DNA of 64,000 nt from Negaprion brevirostris (taxonomy: Eukaryota), in NCBI GenBank assembly GCA_030324005.1, contig JARDVH010000115.1, positions 44,261,277-44,325,276 on the forward strand, in the 5' to 3' direction. The position numbers and the translations under genes are program-made. Under the pieces are notes generated by a model. The model saw nothing but the letters and a program-made list of their open reading frames with translations. It had not been told where the DNA came from and searched no databases. Below, piece by piece: positions 36,316 to 48,324 of the stretch. Every line of letters begins with the position of its first letter. The first letter of the stretch is position 1.

Positions 36316-36789
36316 AAAGTGGCCATCACAGAACATGCAACACTATTTGGGTTTTCTACATACATCCTGTAGCAGTATAATGTGCTTCAATACAATTGTG
36401 ATACATGGAAGCAGGAATTCGCAGGCTCTTCATGGCCCACCGCTGCTGCCAGTGAGAATGGTCGACGAAATCTCTGTCCTCTGCAGCAGGACTGGAGAAT
36501 CCCAGCTAAGGGTGAGGCTGGAGGATCTGATCTCACCCAATGGTGTCACTCACCTTCTGGGAGTGGAGCCAGCCAGATCTGTGAGGGATACCCTTACTGG
36601 GGCAGCGAGCTGAGTTTGAAAAGCGATCAGGAATGATGGCACTTGAAAACAGAAATATAATTGTCTGGTAAGAAACCCTAATTTAAATTACATATCCTAA
36701 GTTGTGTTCGGATTAAAAATAAACAGTAGAGATAGTTTGCAGATCAAGAAGCGAAAAAACTGTTGAAAATTAAAAACTAATTAATTAAA

Positions 36790-36923
36790 ATAGGGATGGA
36801 GGGCCAGGTGATGTATTCTGAGAGCTGATGGACCCTATTGTGGTTCATAGTGTGAGTAGTAGGAAGTGTGGGTCACTGGAGGAAATAAGGTTCAGTGTTG
36901 ATGAGCTAGACTCTGAGCTTCTG
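36790..36923 (+). mobile_element. CR1 ORF1 N-terminal fragment
   Basis: MEGQVM..SRKCGSLEEIRFSVDELDSEL resembles the zinc-finger/leucine-zipper start of CR1 ORF1. Confidence 0.6.
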
Positions 36924-37023
36924 NNNNNNNNNNNNNNNNNNNNNNNNNNNNNNNNNNNNNNNNNNNNNNNNNNNNNNNNNNNNNNNNNNNNNNNNNNNNN
37001 NNNNNNNNNNNNNNNNNNNNNNN

Positions 37024-37481
37024 AGCCGGGAATTGAACCTGGGTCTCTGGCGTTGTGAGACAGCAATGCTAATCACTGTGCCACTGTGCTGCCCAAGTTA
37101 CATTTTGCCCCCTCATCCAACCTGTCTGAATTGTCTCTTTCCAGTCCCTCTGCATTCTCCCCACAACTTCCTTGGTAAATATGTACAATAATATACAGAG
37201 GCTCATATTTTATTGTAGAAGAGGGCTGATGGTGTACTTGGCAGCATGATGTTAAGAATCCATCTCTTATAGAGTCATAGAATTCCTACAGTGCAGAAGA
37301 GGCCATTCGGCATTTTGAGTGTGCAACAAATCTCTGACAGAGTAACTTGCCCAGGCTGACTCCCCCACTTTACCTCCATAACCCAATTAATTTCCCACTG
37401 ATAATCCACCTAACCTACACAACTTTGGACACTCAGGGACAATTTAGCATGGCCAATCCACCTAAACTGCACATCTTTGGT
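37024..37481 (-). mobile_element. Two partial HE1-type SINE pieces (37024-37094 head; 37269-37481 tail)
   Basis: Direct similarity to other HE1 copies. Confidence 0.8.
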
Positions 37482-39356
37482 CTCTCCAAGACCAACTCAC
37501 CTGGGAGGAATTCTGTCTGAACATGTTTTTTTTAATTTAGTGTGTGCCTTTGGAGCAACTAAGAAGGAAGATTGTTTCACTCTTCCTCTCCTTTCCTTTA
37601 TTGCTTGGAGTTTAAAGTAGGTTTTCACCTTCAGCCACAAAATTCTCACCTAAGCATATTTGAAAGCCTATGAAGCTGTGGCAAGCGTGGATTCCCAAAA
37701 GGGTTTCACGAAAGACCCTTAGGAAAGGACAATTACTGTGGCCAGTGAGCCATTTTTGCACATAGGACCACCAGATTGGCAGCATCAAATCTCTTCAAAC
37801 TTTATCATTTTGCATAAAATGTCCCCACTGGGAGAAAGTGGCTATGATTCTCAGGCACTGTTAGCCACAGGTGCAAATCCTGTTAACTCTCAAGAGAAGC
37901 CAAAAACAGGATTTGCGCCAGAGCGATTTCATATGGAGATGGGTCTGGGTGAGAATGTGGTCGGTGTAGACTCAATGGGTTAAATGGTCTCCTTCTGCAC
38001 TGTAAAATTCTATGATATCACAATGTTGCTGGGCCCTTCCTGGTGAAACAATTAGACTCACGTCCAGAAAGGGCAAAAATCTGATTTGAATGGATTTGGC
38101 TGCATTTAAATGTCTTTGACGAGGCTAAAGTCAAATCTTCAAACCTCACTGAATGTTCCCACCCACCAGCGTGATGTGATACAGGTGCGAATTACTACTG
38201 CCTTTTCAAAGACAGGAGCCTGTTACCATGGTATCTGAGACGGAGGAAGAAAATGAGCGCTCCTCTCCACCTTTGACCAGGCTATACAAGGGGACAGGGA
38301 CCTCTGGCCAGCTGTAGAGAGGTTGAGGCTCAATGAAGTTAGGGGTGGGAGCATCTGACATGGGGGTTGCAGGTGGTTTATGTCATCCTGAAGCCTTCAA
38401 CCTGTCTGTCTTAAAAAGCCCAGAGCTATTCGACAGTGTGTCTCTCTTAAAAAACCAAAATGCCAGAATGAATGTAAAGAGTTTCACAGCTGCTCACTGC
38501 TCTGGGTTAATGCACAGAAAGGCTTTCAACTTTTAAACATTTTTCACGGCCATGAATGATACTTCTGCCTGTGTGTCATAGCAGTCAGAATAAGCATGCA
38601 GTTTGAAGCTGTCATTGGCCTGGGATATGGGACATCTAAGAGACCAGGGCTAATGAGATAGGGGCAGGAAATGATGACACCGAGGGAGGCCAGCCTAAGG
38701 GACTGGCTGGATGACACCCCGAGGAAGAAGGTTGGTCTGCAATAAGGGGCTGAAGGACGGTCAGCTTTTATAGAAAATGCAGTGGCTGCCCAGGAGTATT
38801 AAGTGTAAAGACATGACAGTGATTTGATGTTGGGGTTACAAAGGCTGAGCATGAACAGAGATTGTGTTACCTGTCTCAGCTTCAGAATGATTCCAGGAAG
38901 TTCAGCTCGTATATCTAATTGGTCATCATGAATTAAGCTTTAACAATGTCAGTTGCCCCAGTCAAAGAGGGGAATGAAAACTCATGTGGTCAAGGATTAA
39001 AGGTGCACGCAGGGCATCAGAAGGGAAGGTCTATGGCCTCGCAGTTGCAACACACTATTTGCCTGAAGAGTATTCAAAGGCCTTCAAATGTTGACATTAA
39101 GGAAGGGACCACTGGGCAGGAGGCCATGGGTGACAGGGACTGCTCAAGCAATGAAGTGTGATGAGCAGCTGATATAAACAAAGAACAAAGAACAACCCAG
39201 CACGGGAAACAGGCCCTTCGGCCCAACGAGCCCGATATGTGAATGAGTGCTGGACAATGGATAAGGTTGATGTTTCACAGGTTCCAGGACCAGCAGACAA
39301 GGGATGCTGGGAGGGTGTGAAGATAACAAGGTGGAACACCAACATTACCGTCTACA

Positions 39357-39483
39357 GGCGAGATGTTCTGGCCAAGTTCACCCCGAAATCAGAAAATCCT
39401 GTCTGAAGTCAACGGGCCTTTCTATGGTTTGCCCCTCGCCCACTCCAATTCCTATGGCAGATGGGACGATAAAATTCGCCCCA
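39357..39483. mobile_element. Harbinger-type MITE
   Basis: GGCGAGAT ... AAAATTCGCCCC ends; reverse-orientation relative of 17560 and 61399. Confidence 0.55.
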
Positions 39484-39679
39484 CATCTCTATCTCTCATC
39501 CCTCACAGAGTTCTGAGATGGAGCCATTAGTCTAGCAATTATTCTACTCACCACACTGCAGGAGCACAGACTCCAGCAATTAAGAGAGGACGCCCATGGA
39601 GACTCAGTGCCAGGAGGCCGCTGAGCAGGCTCCAAGGTCAGTCACCCATCAGGCCGAAGAGGGGGCTGAAAGGCTTATA

Positions 39680-40410
39680 TGAAAGAGATGGAGGGGTTAT
39701 AGGCCCCGGGTGTCTCTCATGAAGCTGTCATCTGCCACTGGAGACACCGCCTCACACGGGAGATAGTGCAGTGTTTGTGTGACATTCTTTTGAACCTTGC
39801 CCTTTGTGGAGGAGGTGGGCATCCACTCTCTGTGGCTGTGAAGATCACGACAGCCCTGAACTTTTATGCAACCAAGTGGTTCTAAGGGTCAACAGGTGAA
39901 ATTAACAGGATCCCAAACGTCTTCCACACATAAATGCTTTCATAAGGTGACAGATATTCTCTATGACCAGGCTTCAGAAGTCATAAATTTCAATCTTGAC
40001 TAAGCTCATCAGGACAAGAGCGCTGCAGGATTTGTGTCCATCGCTGGAAGGCCACAGATCCAGGGTGCCATCGATGGGACCCATGTGGCTCTTAGAATCC
40101 TGTCTCATCAAGGAGTCCTGTTTATCAACAGAAATGGGTACCACTGTCTAAATGTGCAGCTAGTGTGGACCACCACATGAACATCATGCAGGTCTGTGCT
40201 GCTTTCCAGGGAGCGTGCATGACAGTTTTGTTCTTGGGCACTCACAAATCCCAGGTACTTTCGAAGGTCACCCCAGGCTACTGAGATGGCTGATAGGGGA
40301 CAAGGGATATGCCGAAGTCTTGACTGATGACACCTGTGCAGAGGCCTGAGCCCATGGCGGATTCCCAATACAAAGATGCTCACAGTGCCACCTGGGGCAC
40401 TTATCAATTC
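39680..40410 (+). mobile_element. Harbinger (PIF/HARBI1-like) DDE transposase pseudogene
   Basis: GGHPLSVAVKITTALNFYAT ... IAGRPQIQGAIDGTHVAL ... FINRNGYHCLNVQLV ... GSVHDSFVL ... WLIGDKGY ... LMTPV, with stops and frameshifts. Confidence 0.92.
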
Positions 40411-40413
40411 AGA

Positions 40414-40877
40414 TTATAGTTCTTCATTTTTTTTTACAATCTTGAACACCGTCCTCTTCATAAGGCTACTGGCACTGACTCCGGTTGCCACCGCCGTCCA
40501 GGCAAGATTGGTCACATTGTGAATGTCCTCCGGCCAATCCTTAAATAAATTGTGGCCCGCCTCTCCTCCACTGCATCCAGTATTCGACTTAGGGAACCCT
40601 CTGAAAACCTGGCAGCTGGTTGTCTTGCAGTCAGCCTCCTGGCTTGCATGGACATGAATGTTGTGGGCCATTTAAATGCTTGACTGAAGTGCTCAGGTGA
40701 CCCCCTTGATAGGTGAATCAGACACTTTGCGCCTCAGGCATGGCATTTTTCGCATGAGGATAAAACGTTTTCTAAGAGACTCTAGATCGAGTTCCAGATG
40801 GTGCTGCCAGTGGGAATCACATCGGTTTTCTTACTGGAAATGATACTTTGTTACTTTGCTGGAAAATTCCACAGGGT
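40414..40877 (-). mobile_element. Harbinger Myb/SANT-like gene exon 1 and element end, convergent with the transposase
   Basis: AARFSEGSLSRILDAVEERRATIY..TNLAWTAVATGVSASSLMKRT..CKKK; TIR-like CTGGAAAATTCCAC near 40860-40872. Confidence 0.8.
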
Positions 40878-41074
40878 GTTTTTTCCCATTACACCAACTG
40901 TGTGTGTGTGGGTATGGCTTTAGAAAATAATTTTTGTTTCATAATAAATCAATCACTCTGAGTTTATTGAAAGAAGCCTGATTAAAGTTTCTATTATTCT
41001 GGGTAAGCAGCAGCGAAGGTCAACAACTGGCCATTTCGGTGAGTGAATTAAACATTTACATGTATAGTATAATT

Positions 41075-42188
41075 CGATTTGACTTGATTTATTATTGTCA
41101 TATGTATTAACATACACTGAAAAATATTGAATCTTGCACGCTATACAGACAAAGCATACCTGTTGTGAGAAAACGCCACTCAGAGTCAGACTTAAAGGTT
41201 CAACATGCAGTTTAGTGGACAAAGCTTTGGGAGAGGTGCTTGGCGCTCCACAGTGCTCACAGTCAATTTCTCAATTTGGAGTGGCAACTAGCCATTTTTG
41301 AAACACTTCAATCATAAAGACATCTGCTTTTATCTCGTCATTAACTTTGGGTGGTTACATGCATTGGCCAATTATGCCCCTAGCAACAATTGACCTTCAA
41401 TCACATTCCTTCAAAAACATTAGTTAACAAAATTTATTGTTTTGGTTCCACTTTATCTCTTTTCTTAAGCTAAGTTGATTATCTGGACATCAAAGTCTAG
41501 TTTTTTTGTCAGTTTTGTAGTTTCTTATACACTACCAGGATGTTCTTTATTAACCACAGAATAAATGCTGTGAGCACTTAGTTCTGCACATATTAACTCT
41601 TAAAGGTCACTGTTCCAATTTTTACTCCAACAATACCATTCATAGAGAAGGAAACGAGAGAGTGCAGAATGTAGTGTTACAGCAATAGTTAGGGTGTAGA
41701 GAAAGATCAACTTAATCCTCGGTGAATCCATTCAAAAGTCTGACAGCAGCAAGGAACAAGGTGTTCTTGAGTCGGTTAGTACATGACCTCTGACTTTTCT
41801 TTCTTTTTCCTGACGGAAGAAAGTGGAAGAGAGAATATCCAGGGTACGTGAGGTCCTTTGTTATGCTGGCTGCTTTGCCGAGGCAGCGGGAAGTGTAGAC
41901 AGAGTCAATGGTTGAGAGGCTGAATTGGGTTACTTTCACAATCTTTTGTAGTTTCTTACCATCTTGGGTAGTGCAGGAGCCATAACAAGCTGAAATACAA
42001 CCAGAAAGAATGCTTTCTATGGTGCATCTGTAAAAGTTGTTAAAAGTCGTAATGGACATGCTGAAATTTCACCTCCTGAGAAAGTAGAGCGCTGGTGAGC
42101 TTTTGTAACTATAGCGTCCGCACAGAGGGGCCTGGACAGGTTGTTGGTGATCTGGAAACAAAGAAATGTGAAGCTTTCGACTGTTCTG
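41075..42188 (-). mobile_element. Rex1/Babar LINE 3' part, interrupted by a solo LTR
   Basis: NFYRCTIESILSGCISACYGSC..LQKIVK..LPSGKR...TNRLKN is the Rex1/Babar C-terminus; tail TGACAATAATAAATCAA. Confidence 0.9.
41161..41632. mobile_element. 472-bp solo LTR with 5-bp TSD
   Basis: TGTTG...CAACA termini flanked by ATACC at 41156-41160 and 41633-41637; Rex sequence resumes in register on both sides. Confidence 0.85.
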
Positions 42189-42450
42189 ATGTTGACTCAG
42201 GGATAAACATTGGCCCCAGGGCGCGGGGAAGGAAGCCTCTGCTCTGCCTTGAGAAATAGTGGCATGGAATCTTTTATATCCACCTGACAGCATGGAGGGG
42301 GCCTTGGTTTAATCCGAAAAATGGTGCCTCCAACAATGCACTGCGCTGGAGTCTGAGCCGAGAGTTTGTGTTCAAGTTTCTGAAGTGAAACTTGGAACCA
42401 GTAACCTTCTGCCATAGAGTTGGGATCGCTACTCAGTCAACCAAGCCCGG
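42188..42450 (-). mobile_element. Deu-domain SINE (SacSINE1/AmnSINE-like)
   Basis: Minus strand contains GGAGGCACC..TTAAACCAAGGCCCC..CAGGTGGATATAAAAGATTCCATGCCACTATTT, the Deu core, with a tRNA-like head. Confidence 0.75.
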
Positions 42451-42784
42451 CGCCAGATTAAGTGCACCCAAATAGAAATTCTGTTAACAACGCTGTGGTC
42501 TCTGTCATTTTAAAATGATACATCTTTGCTTCTTAAGTGCTTGTACATAAGGTAAAACAGTGGGAATGCATTCTACCTGCAGTGAAATTGTAAAGTTTCC
42601 CACCGTACATGAGAAACTATTGCAGCTGTTAGACCGCAGAAACAACCCTTTCACATTGAGTCCTTCTTTCTCAAGGCTAAAATCCTAATAATGTAACGAG
42701 AAAAATTGAGTCTATGAATTGCAGCTCCTCTGCTGTTCTGTTTGAATTGGGTTTGCAGTTTCACTGGGAACCTGAAAAAGACAG

Positions 42785-43110
42785 ACTTGCATTTCTATAG
42801 CGCCTTTCACAATTTCAGAATATCCTGAGTTGCTTTTCGTGTATAGTCGTTGTCATGAACGCAAGGAAACGCAACAACTAACCTGTGCACAGCAAGCTCC
42901 CACAGTTCAGGATGGAATAATAAATAACCAGGCCAGCTGATTGACTGAGGGACTGATGTTGTTCAGATTCCCCCACTTGGCAGCCGTGGGATATCACACC
43001 ACAGGTCTTGGTTTAAGACAGCACCATGGACAGTGCAGCACTCCTTCGGCGCTGCACCAGAGTGTCAGCCTAGATTGTGTACTCAAGTCTCTGGAGTTTC
43101 AGTTTTGAGA
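42785..43110 (-). mobile_element. Deu-domain SINE, degraded
   Basis: Tail ACTTGCATTTCTATAGCGCCTTTCAC and GACAGTGCAGCACTCC..GTCAGCCTAGATT segments. Confidence 0.65.
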
Positions 43111-43129
43111 GTGTTATTCACGTTGTAAA

Positions 43130-43808
43130 ATTGGGATGTGGGTGTCACTGAGAAGCCAGCATTTGTAGCCCACCGCCAGAAATCCTCTTGAGAGTGGTTA
43201 AGAGTCAATCTCATTGCTGTGGATCTGGAGTCACATGTAGGTCAGACCAGGTAAGGTTGCAGATTTCTTTCCCTAAAGGATGGCATGGTGGCACACTATT
43301 TAGCACTGTTGCCTCACAGCGTCAGGTACCCAGGTTTGATTCCCGGCTTGGGTCACTGTCTGTGCAGAGTTTGCACGTTTTCCCCGTATCTGCAATGGGT
43401 TTCCTCCAGATGCTCCAGTTTTCCCCCACAGTCCAAAGTATGCGGGTTAGGTGGATTAGCCATTATTGTCAGGGCTACTAGCTGGGTAAATGCATAGGGT
43501 TATGGGGATAGGGCCTGGGTGGGACTGGGGTCAGGGCAGACTCGGTGAGCCGAATGGCCCCCTTCTTCACTGTAGGATCCTATGATTCTATGACATCAGT
43601 GAACCCGATGGGTTTTTACAACAATCGAAGGTATGCTATGATATATACTAATGGTCACCATTACTAGGGCTAGAATTTTTTTTGTTAATTAATTGGATTT
43701 AACTTCCACCAGTTGCCATAGTGGGATTTGAACAGGTGCTCCCAGAACATCAATCTGGGGCTTTAGATTACTGGTACAGTAACGTTATCACCATGCCACC
43801 ATCTCCCC
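43130..43808 (-). mobile_element. SINE-B copy with a nested HE1
   Basis: SINE-B sequence stops at CCCTAAAGGA (about 43280) and resumes at CATCAGTGAACC (about 43594). Confidence 0.75.
43278..43593 (+). mobile_element. HE1-type V-SINE nested in SINE-B
   Basis: Full head, V domain and TATGATTCTATGA tail. Confidence 0.92.
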
Positions 43809-44007
43809 CATTGAACCACAGCAGAACCCTCTGTTCCACAGCTACACAGCCCTTTCTCTCTTTGTGGTCTCCACACAGATGATAGACATGGCTGATAATT
43901 GATCTGTGGACGTGTGATTGGGGAAACTAATGAAGTGACAACCAACTGCAAATGAAAAGCTCAGTAGTTACAGGGATTGTCTTGTACAGATCAGAACACG
44001 TCTCTTT

Positions 44008-44362
44008 ATTCTGGCATAGATCAGCCAGATAGTCAATATCTTTTCCCAAAGGTAGAGGAGTCTAAAACTAGAGGGTATAGGTTTTAGTTGGGATGGGAGA
44101 GATACAAAAGTGTCCAGAGGGACAATTTTTTCACCCAGAGGGTGGTGAGTGTCTGGAACAAGCTGCCAGAGGTCGTAGTAGAGGCAGGTACAATTTTGTC
44201 TTTCAAAAAGCATTTAGACAGTTACATGGTTAAGATGGGTATAGAGGAATATGGGCCAAATGTGCACAATTGGATTTAGCTTAGGTGTTTTAAAAAAAAG
44301 GGATGGCATGGATAAGTGGGGCTGAAGGGTCTGTTTCCACGCTTAAATCTCTGTGACTCTAT
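44008..44362 (+). mobile_element. CR1 3' end
   Basis: FFTQRVVSVWNKLPEVVVEAGTILSFKKHLD and 3' UTR. Confidence 0.92.
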
Positions 44363-44649
44363 AAATATATTAAAAATTTCCAGAATAGTCCAAGTACAAA
44401 TTTAATGGCTTTTCCCAAAAGATGACCAAGTGTCATTTCAGGCATGAAAACCGGTACAATTTCTGTTTGCTCAGGCGGCACTATCCCAATCATAATCTTC
44501 CCACATTTAGTGGAATAAATAATCCCCTGCGTGAACCACACCAAGCCAGAGTCCCCAGGTGTCGAATTCATTTGACCGGGTCTCAGCTGAGCATTGTAAT
44601 CAAAGGGGAGCTGCATTTAAACTGTCCCTCAGCACTCACTCCCAGTCAA

Positions 44650-44845
44650 GCCAGGAGGTTGGCTGTGAGGAGATATGCTCTACCGTTCCTGCAGGGGGAC
44701 CTAACCAGTCTGTTGGACACACTGGAGGAGAGGTGGGCAAAAGTTTACCCTCGTGTTGAAAGTAGATCCCTGATTTATAAGACCAATCCTATCTGAGAGG
44801 GAGTGGCAACTGCAGTCAGTGCCAGCAGCTTGACCGGGGGACCGA
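44650..44845 (+). mobile_element. Harbinger Myb/SANT-like exon 1 fragment
   Basis: ALPFLQGDLTSLLDTLEERWAKVYP..TNPI*EGVATAVSASSL, homologous to the 32968 and 40414 copies. Confidence 0.7.
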
Positions 44846-44847
44846 TC

Positions 44848-44987
44848 GCATCTTTGGACTGTGGGAGGGAACTGGAGCACCTGAAGGAAACCTACGCAGG
44901 CACAGGGAGAATGTACAGTCATCTAAGGTAGGAATTGAACCCAGGTCCCTGGTGCTGGGATGCAGCAGTGCTAACTACTGCGCTGCC
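44848..44987 (-). mobile_element. HE1-type SINE, 5' half
   Basis: Head and V domain. Confidence 0.85.
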
Positions 44988-45787
44988 TATAAAACATGAA
45001 CCCATTTAAAGCAAACATTATAACCAACCCCTTAAAAGAGCAAAGTAATTCCATATAAATATAAGTACCCATCCATTAACAACACGCTGTAACTTCCCGG
45101 CAAATATCTCAATATTTCTGATTCTATGTTCCAAGACTGTTTTCCCTTCTGAAATGTTGATGTTACATATTAAAAAATTCAGATTTATCTTGTCCATAAA
45201 AGAATCATAAAGATTTTTCACAAGATGGCAGAATGACTGTTCTGCAGAAAATATGTCATTGCTTGGATAATACATGAAATACTTTGTTGGATGTAGAGTT
45301 ATTAGCATGAGCCTCACCCTTGCTACTTAAGTACTTTATGAAAGGCAGACAGCAGAACCGCTAAGCAAGAGTATAACTTGTTAATCAACTGAGCTTCATT
45401 AGATACAGTGAGGACTATTTAATCATTTCATTAAGAAATAAATTGGAAGTAGCTGCTGCATTTTTTATGTTTTTCCTCAGGTGTTGATATAGGTATGAAC
45501 ACCCCACACCATTTCCCTGGTGTCCAAGAACATTTACAGAAACTTCTCCTCCTGGAATTGTCATTGCAGATTTGATTTGCGACATTACTACATTGTATAT
45601 CCACTCAGTCTTCCCAGGAGAAGCAGCAATTACATTGTACTAACTGCAACAAAAGAACCTCCATTCCTCTGACTCACATTAGCCTTCTGGTTAACCAACA
45701 GCAGGGATGCTAGTCTCTACATGCATGCTTTCCCATGCTGGAAAGAGAACACTACAAATTTTGATTCTATTACTTTTGCACTCAAAG

Positions 45788-46106
45788 CGGCATGGTGGCA
45801 CAGTGGTTCACACTGCTGTCTCATAGCACCAGGGACCTGGGTTCAATTCCGGCCTTGGGTCACTGTCTGTTTGGAGTTTGCACGTTCTCCATGTGTCAGT
45901 GTGGGTTTCTTCCTGGTGCTCCGGTTTCATCCTACAGTTCAAAGATGTGAGTTAGGTTGATTGGCCAAGCTAAATTGACCCTTAGTGTCAGGGGGATTAG
46001 CAAAGTAGATATGTGGGGTTGCGGGGATAGAATCTGTGTGGGTTTATTGTTGGTGCAGGCTCAATGGGTCAATTGGCCTCCTTCTGCACTGTAGATTTTA
46101 TGATTC
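45788..46106 (+). mobile_element. HE1-type V-SINE
   Basis: Full-length copy. Confidence 0.92.
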
Positions 46107-46219
46107 AATTATTGTAAATATGTTGAAAAATCCTGCAAAATAATTGTGACTAAGAGCAAAAAAAATGGATCTTGAGACTTCAGAGAAGATGTACAAGAAT
46201 GATCCCAGAATGATCCTCT

Positions 46220-46550
46220 GGGCGGCACAATAGCACAGTGGTTAGCGTTGCTGTTTCACACCTCCAGAGACCTGGGTTCGCTTCCTGGCTTGGGTCACTG
46301 TCTGTGTGGAGTTTGCACATTGTCCTCGTGTCTGCTTGGATTTCCTCCAGGTACTCCGGTTTCCTCCCACAGTCCAAAGATGTGCAGTTAGGATGATTGG
46401 CCATGCTGAAAATTGCCCCTTCGAATCCTGAGATGCGTAGGTTAGAGGGATTAGCAAGTAAATATGTGGGGATAGGGCATGGGTGGGATTGTGGTTGGTG
46501 CAGACTTGATGAGCCAATTGGCCTCTTTCAACACTGTAGGGTTTCTATGA
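46220..46550 (+). mobile_element. HE1-type V-SINE
   Basis: Full-length copy starting GGGCGGCAC and ending GGGTTTCTATGA. Confidence 0.93.
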
Positions 46551-47179
46551 AAATCATAGAATAGTCTATGATTTTTCATATCGGCAAAGAATTAAGAACA
46601 CAGGAATTCAAAGTTGGACACATAACCCTCTGAGACTGATCTACCATCCAATAAGATCATGATTTACCTGACTGTAGTCTCAACTTCACTTTCCTATCTG
46701 ACTACAATGTCTCTTAAAATTCTATCTAGCCTCCACTGCTGTCTGGGGAAGAGAATTCCACAGGCTAATAACCATCTGAAAGAGAAAAAAAATCTTCTTA
46801 TCTCTGTCTTAAAAGGAAGAACTCTTCGTCTTAAACTGTATCCCCTAGTTCTAGTCTCCCCCACAAGAGGAAGCTTTCCCCCTTGTATGCATCGGTTAAA
46901 GTCCCCTCAGGATCTAATGTCTCAATAAGGTCACCTCTCATTTTTCTAAGTTCCAATGGATACAGGCACAGCCTGTCCAACCTTTTTTCATAAGGTTAAC
47001 CCTTCACTCCAGGAATGAATCTAGTGAACCTTTCCTGAACTGATTCTAATGCAGTTATATCCTTTCGAAAATAAGGTGACCGAAACTCTACACAGTACAC
47101 CACGTGTAAAGGCCCTGTACAGCTGTAGTAAAACTTCCCTACTTTTATATTTCATTTTCCTTGCAATAAACATCAACAG

Positions 47180-47771
47180 GCAACATGGTGACTCCAATGA
47201 TTGGTACTGCGTCCTCACAGCGCCAGGGACCCAGGTTCAATTCCAATCTCAGGTGACTCTGTGTAGTTTGCACGTTCTCCAGCAGCTCTATTTTCTAGGG
47301 ACAATATACATCTCTTTAACCGGTGTTTAATGTTCTCTCCACTCACATTGTCTGTACCTTTAAATCCTGATTAGCTGTAAAGACTCATATTCCAATCATT
47401 ATTCTGTAAACTGAGTTTGTGCCTTTATATGCCCTGTTTGTGAACAGATCTCCCACTCACCTGACGAAGGAGCAGAGCTCTGAAAGTGTTTGCTACCAAA
47501 TAGACCTGTTGGACTTTAACCTGGTGTTGTGAGACTTCTTACTGTGTTCCACTCACCATCCAAAGGTGTGTAGATTCAGATAGATTGGCCATGCTAATTT
47601 GAGCCTTAGTGTCCAAATATATGTAGGTTAGATGGAATGGCCTTGATAAATTGCCCCTAGTGTCAGGGGGACCAGCAGTGTAAATACGTGTGGTTATGGG
47701 GATAGGGCCTGGATAGGATTGTTGTCAGTGCAGGATCCAATGCACTGTAGGGATTCTGTGATTCTGTGATT
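47180..47771 (+). mobile_element. HE1-type SINE split by a Penelope-like insert
   Basis: Head at 47180-47281; remainder at about 47548-47771. Confidence 0.8.
47282..47547 (+). mobile_element. Penelope-like terminal repeat with a hammerhead-ribozyme core
   Basis: CTGACGA-A-GGAGC-AGA-GCTCT-GAAA at 47461-47485 (CUGANGA, stem II, GAAA), followed by AAATAGACCTGTTGGACTTTAACCTGGTGTTGTGAGAC. Confidence 0.65.
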
Positions 47772-48079
47772 CATCTTGCCTTTCTAATCATTTGCTGTAC
47801 CTGCATCCTAACTTTGTGTAATTCATGTATCTGGACACCCAGATCCCTCTGCACCACTGAGTTCCACAATCTTTTCCCATGTAAGTAGTATATTGCTTAT
47901 CTTTGCTTCCTGCCAAAATGGACAAGTTCACATTTTCCATACTATACCCCATTTGCTAATTTTGTTTGCCTACTTGTTTAAGCCATCTGTACCCTTTTGT
48001 AGGCTTTATACATTCCCTTGACAACTTACTTTTCTCCCTATCTTTGTGTAAGCCAGAAATTTCGTTACCATACATGAAT

Positions 48080-48285
48080 GGCAGGATTTTCCTCCCCTTC
48101 CATGTGTATTTCATGATGGTGGAGGTTGCACACCACTCACTGGCAGCGGAATCTTATGGTCCCACTGGTGTCAGTGGGGTTTCCCACTGAATCCACCCCT
48201 CTCCACTGGGAAATGTGCAGCAGGAGTGCACCGCTGACAGGACCATAACATTCCATTGAAGTAAACAGAGCAAGATTTTGGCACC
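48080..48285. mobile_element. Harbinger-type MITE
   Basis: GGCAGGATTTTCC start; reverse-orientation relative of 259-441; interrupts the CR1. Confidence 0.55.
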
Positions 48286-48324
48286 AGTCTCTTCATCCAA
48301 GTAATTGATATAGATTGTAAAGTG

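Larger units (their letters stand above)
46590..48320 (-). mobile_element. CR1 3' region carrying nested HE1, Penelope-like and MITE insertions
   Basis: FTIYINYLDEET, FIARKMKYKSREVLLQLYRA and the 3' UTR are collinear around the insertions. Confidence 0.85.
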
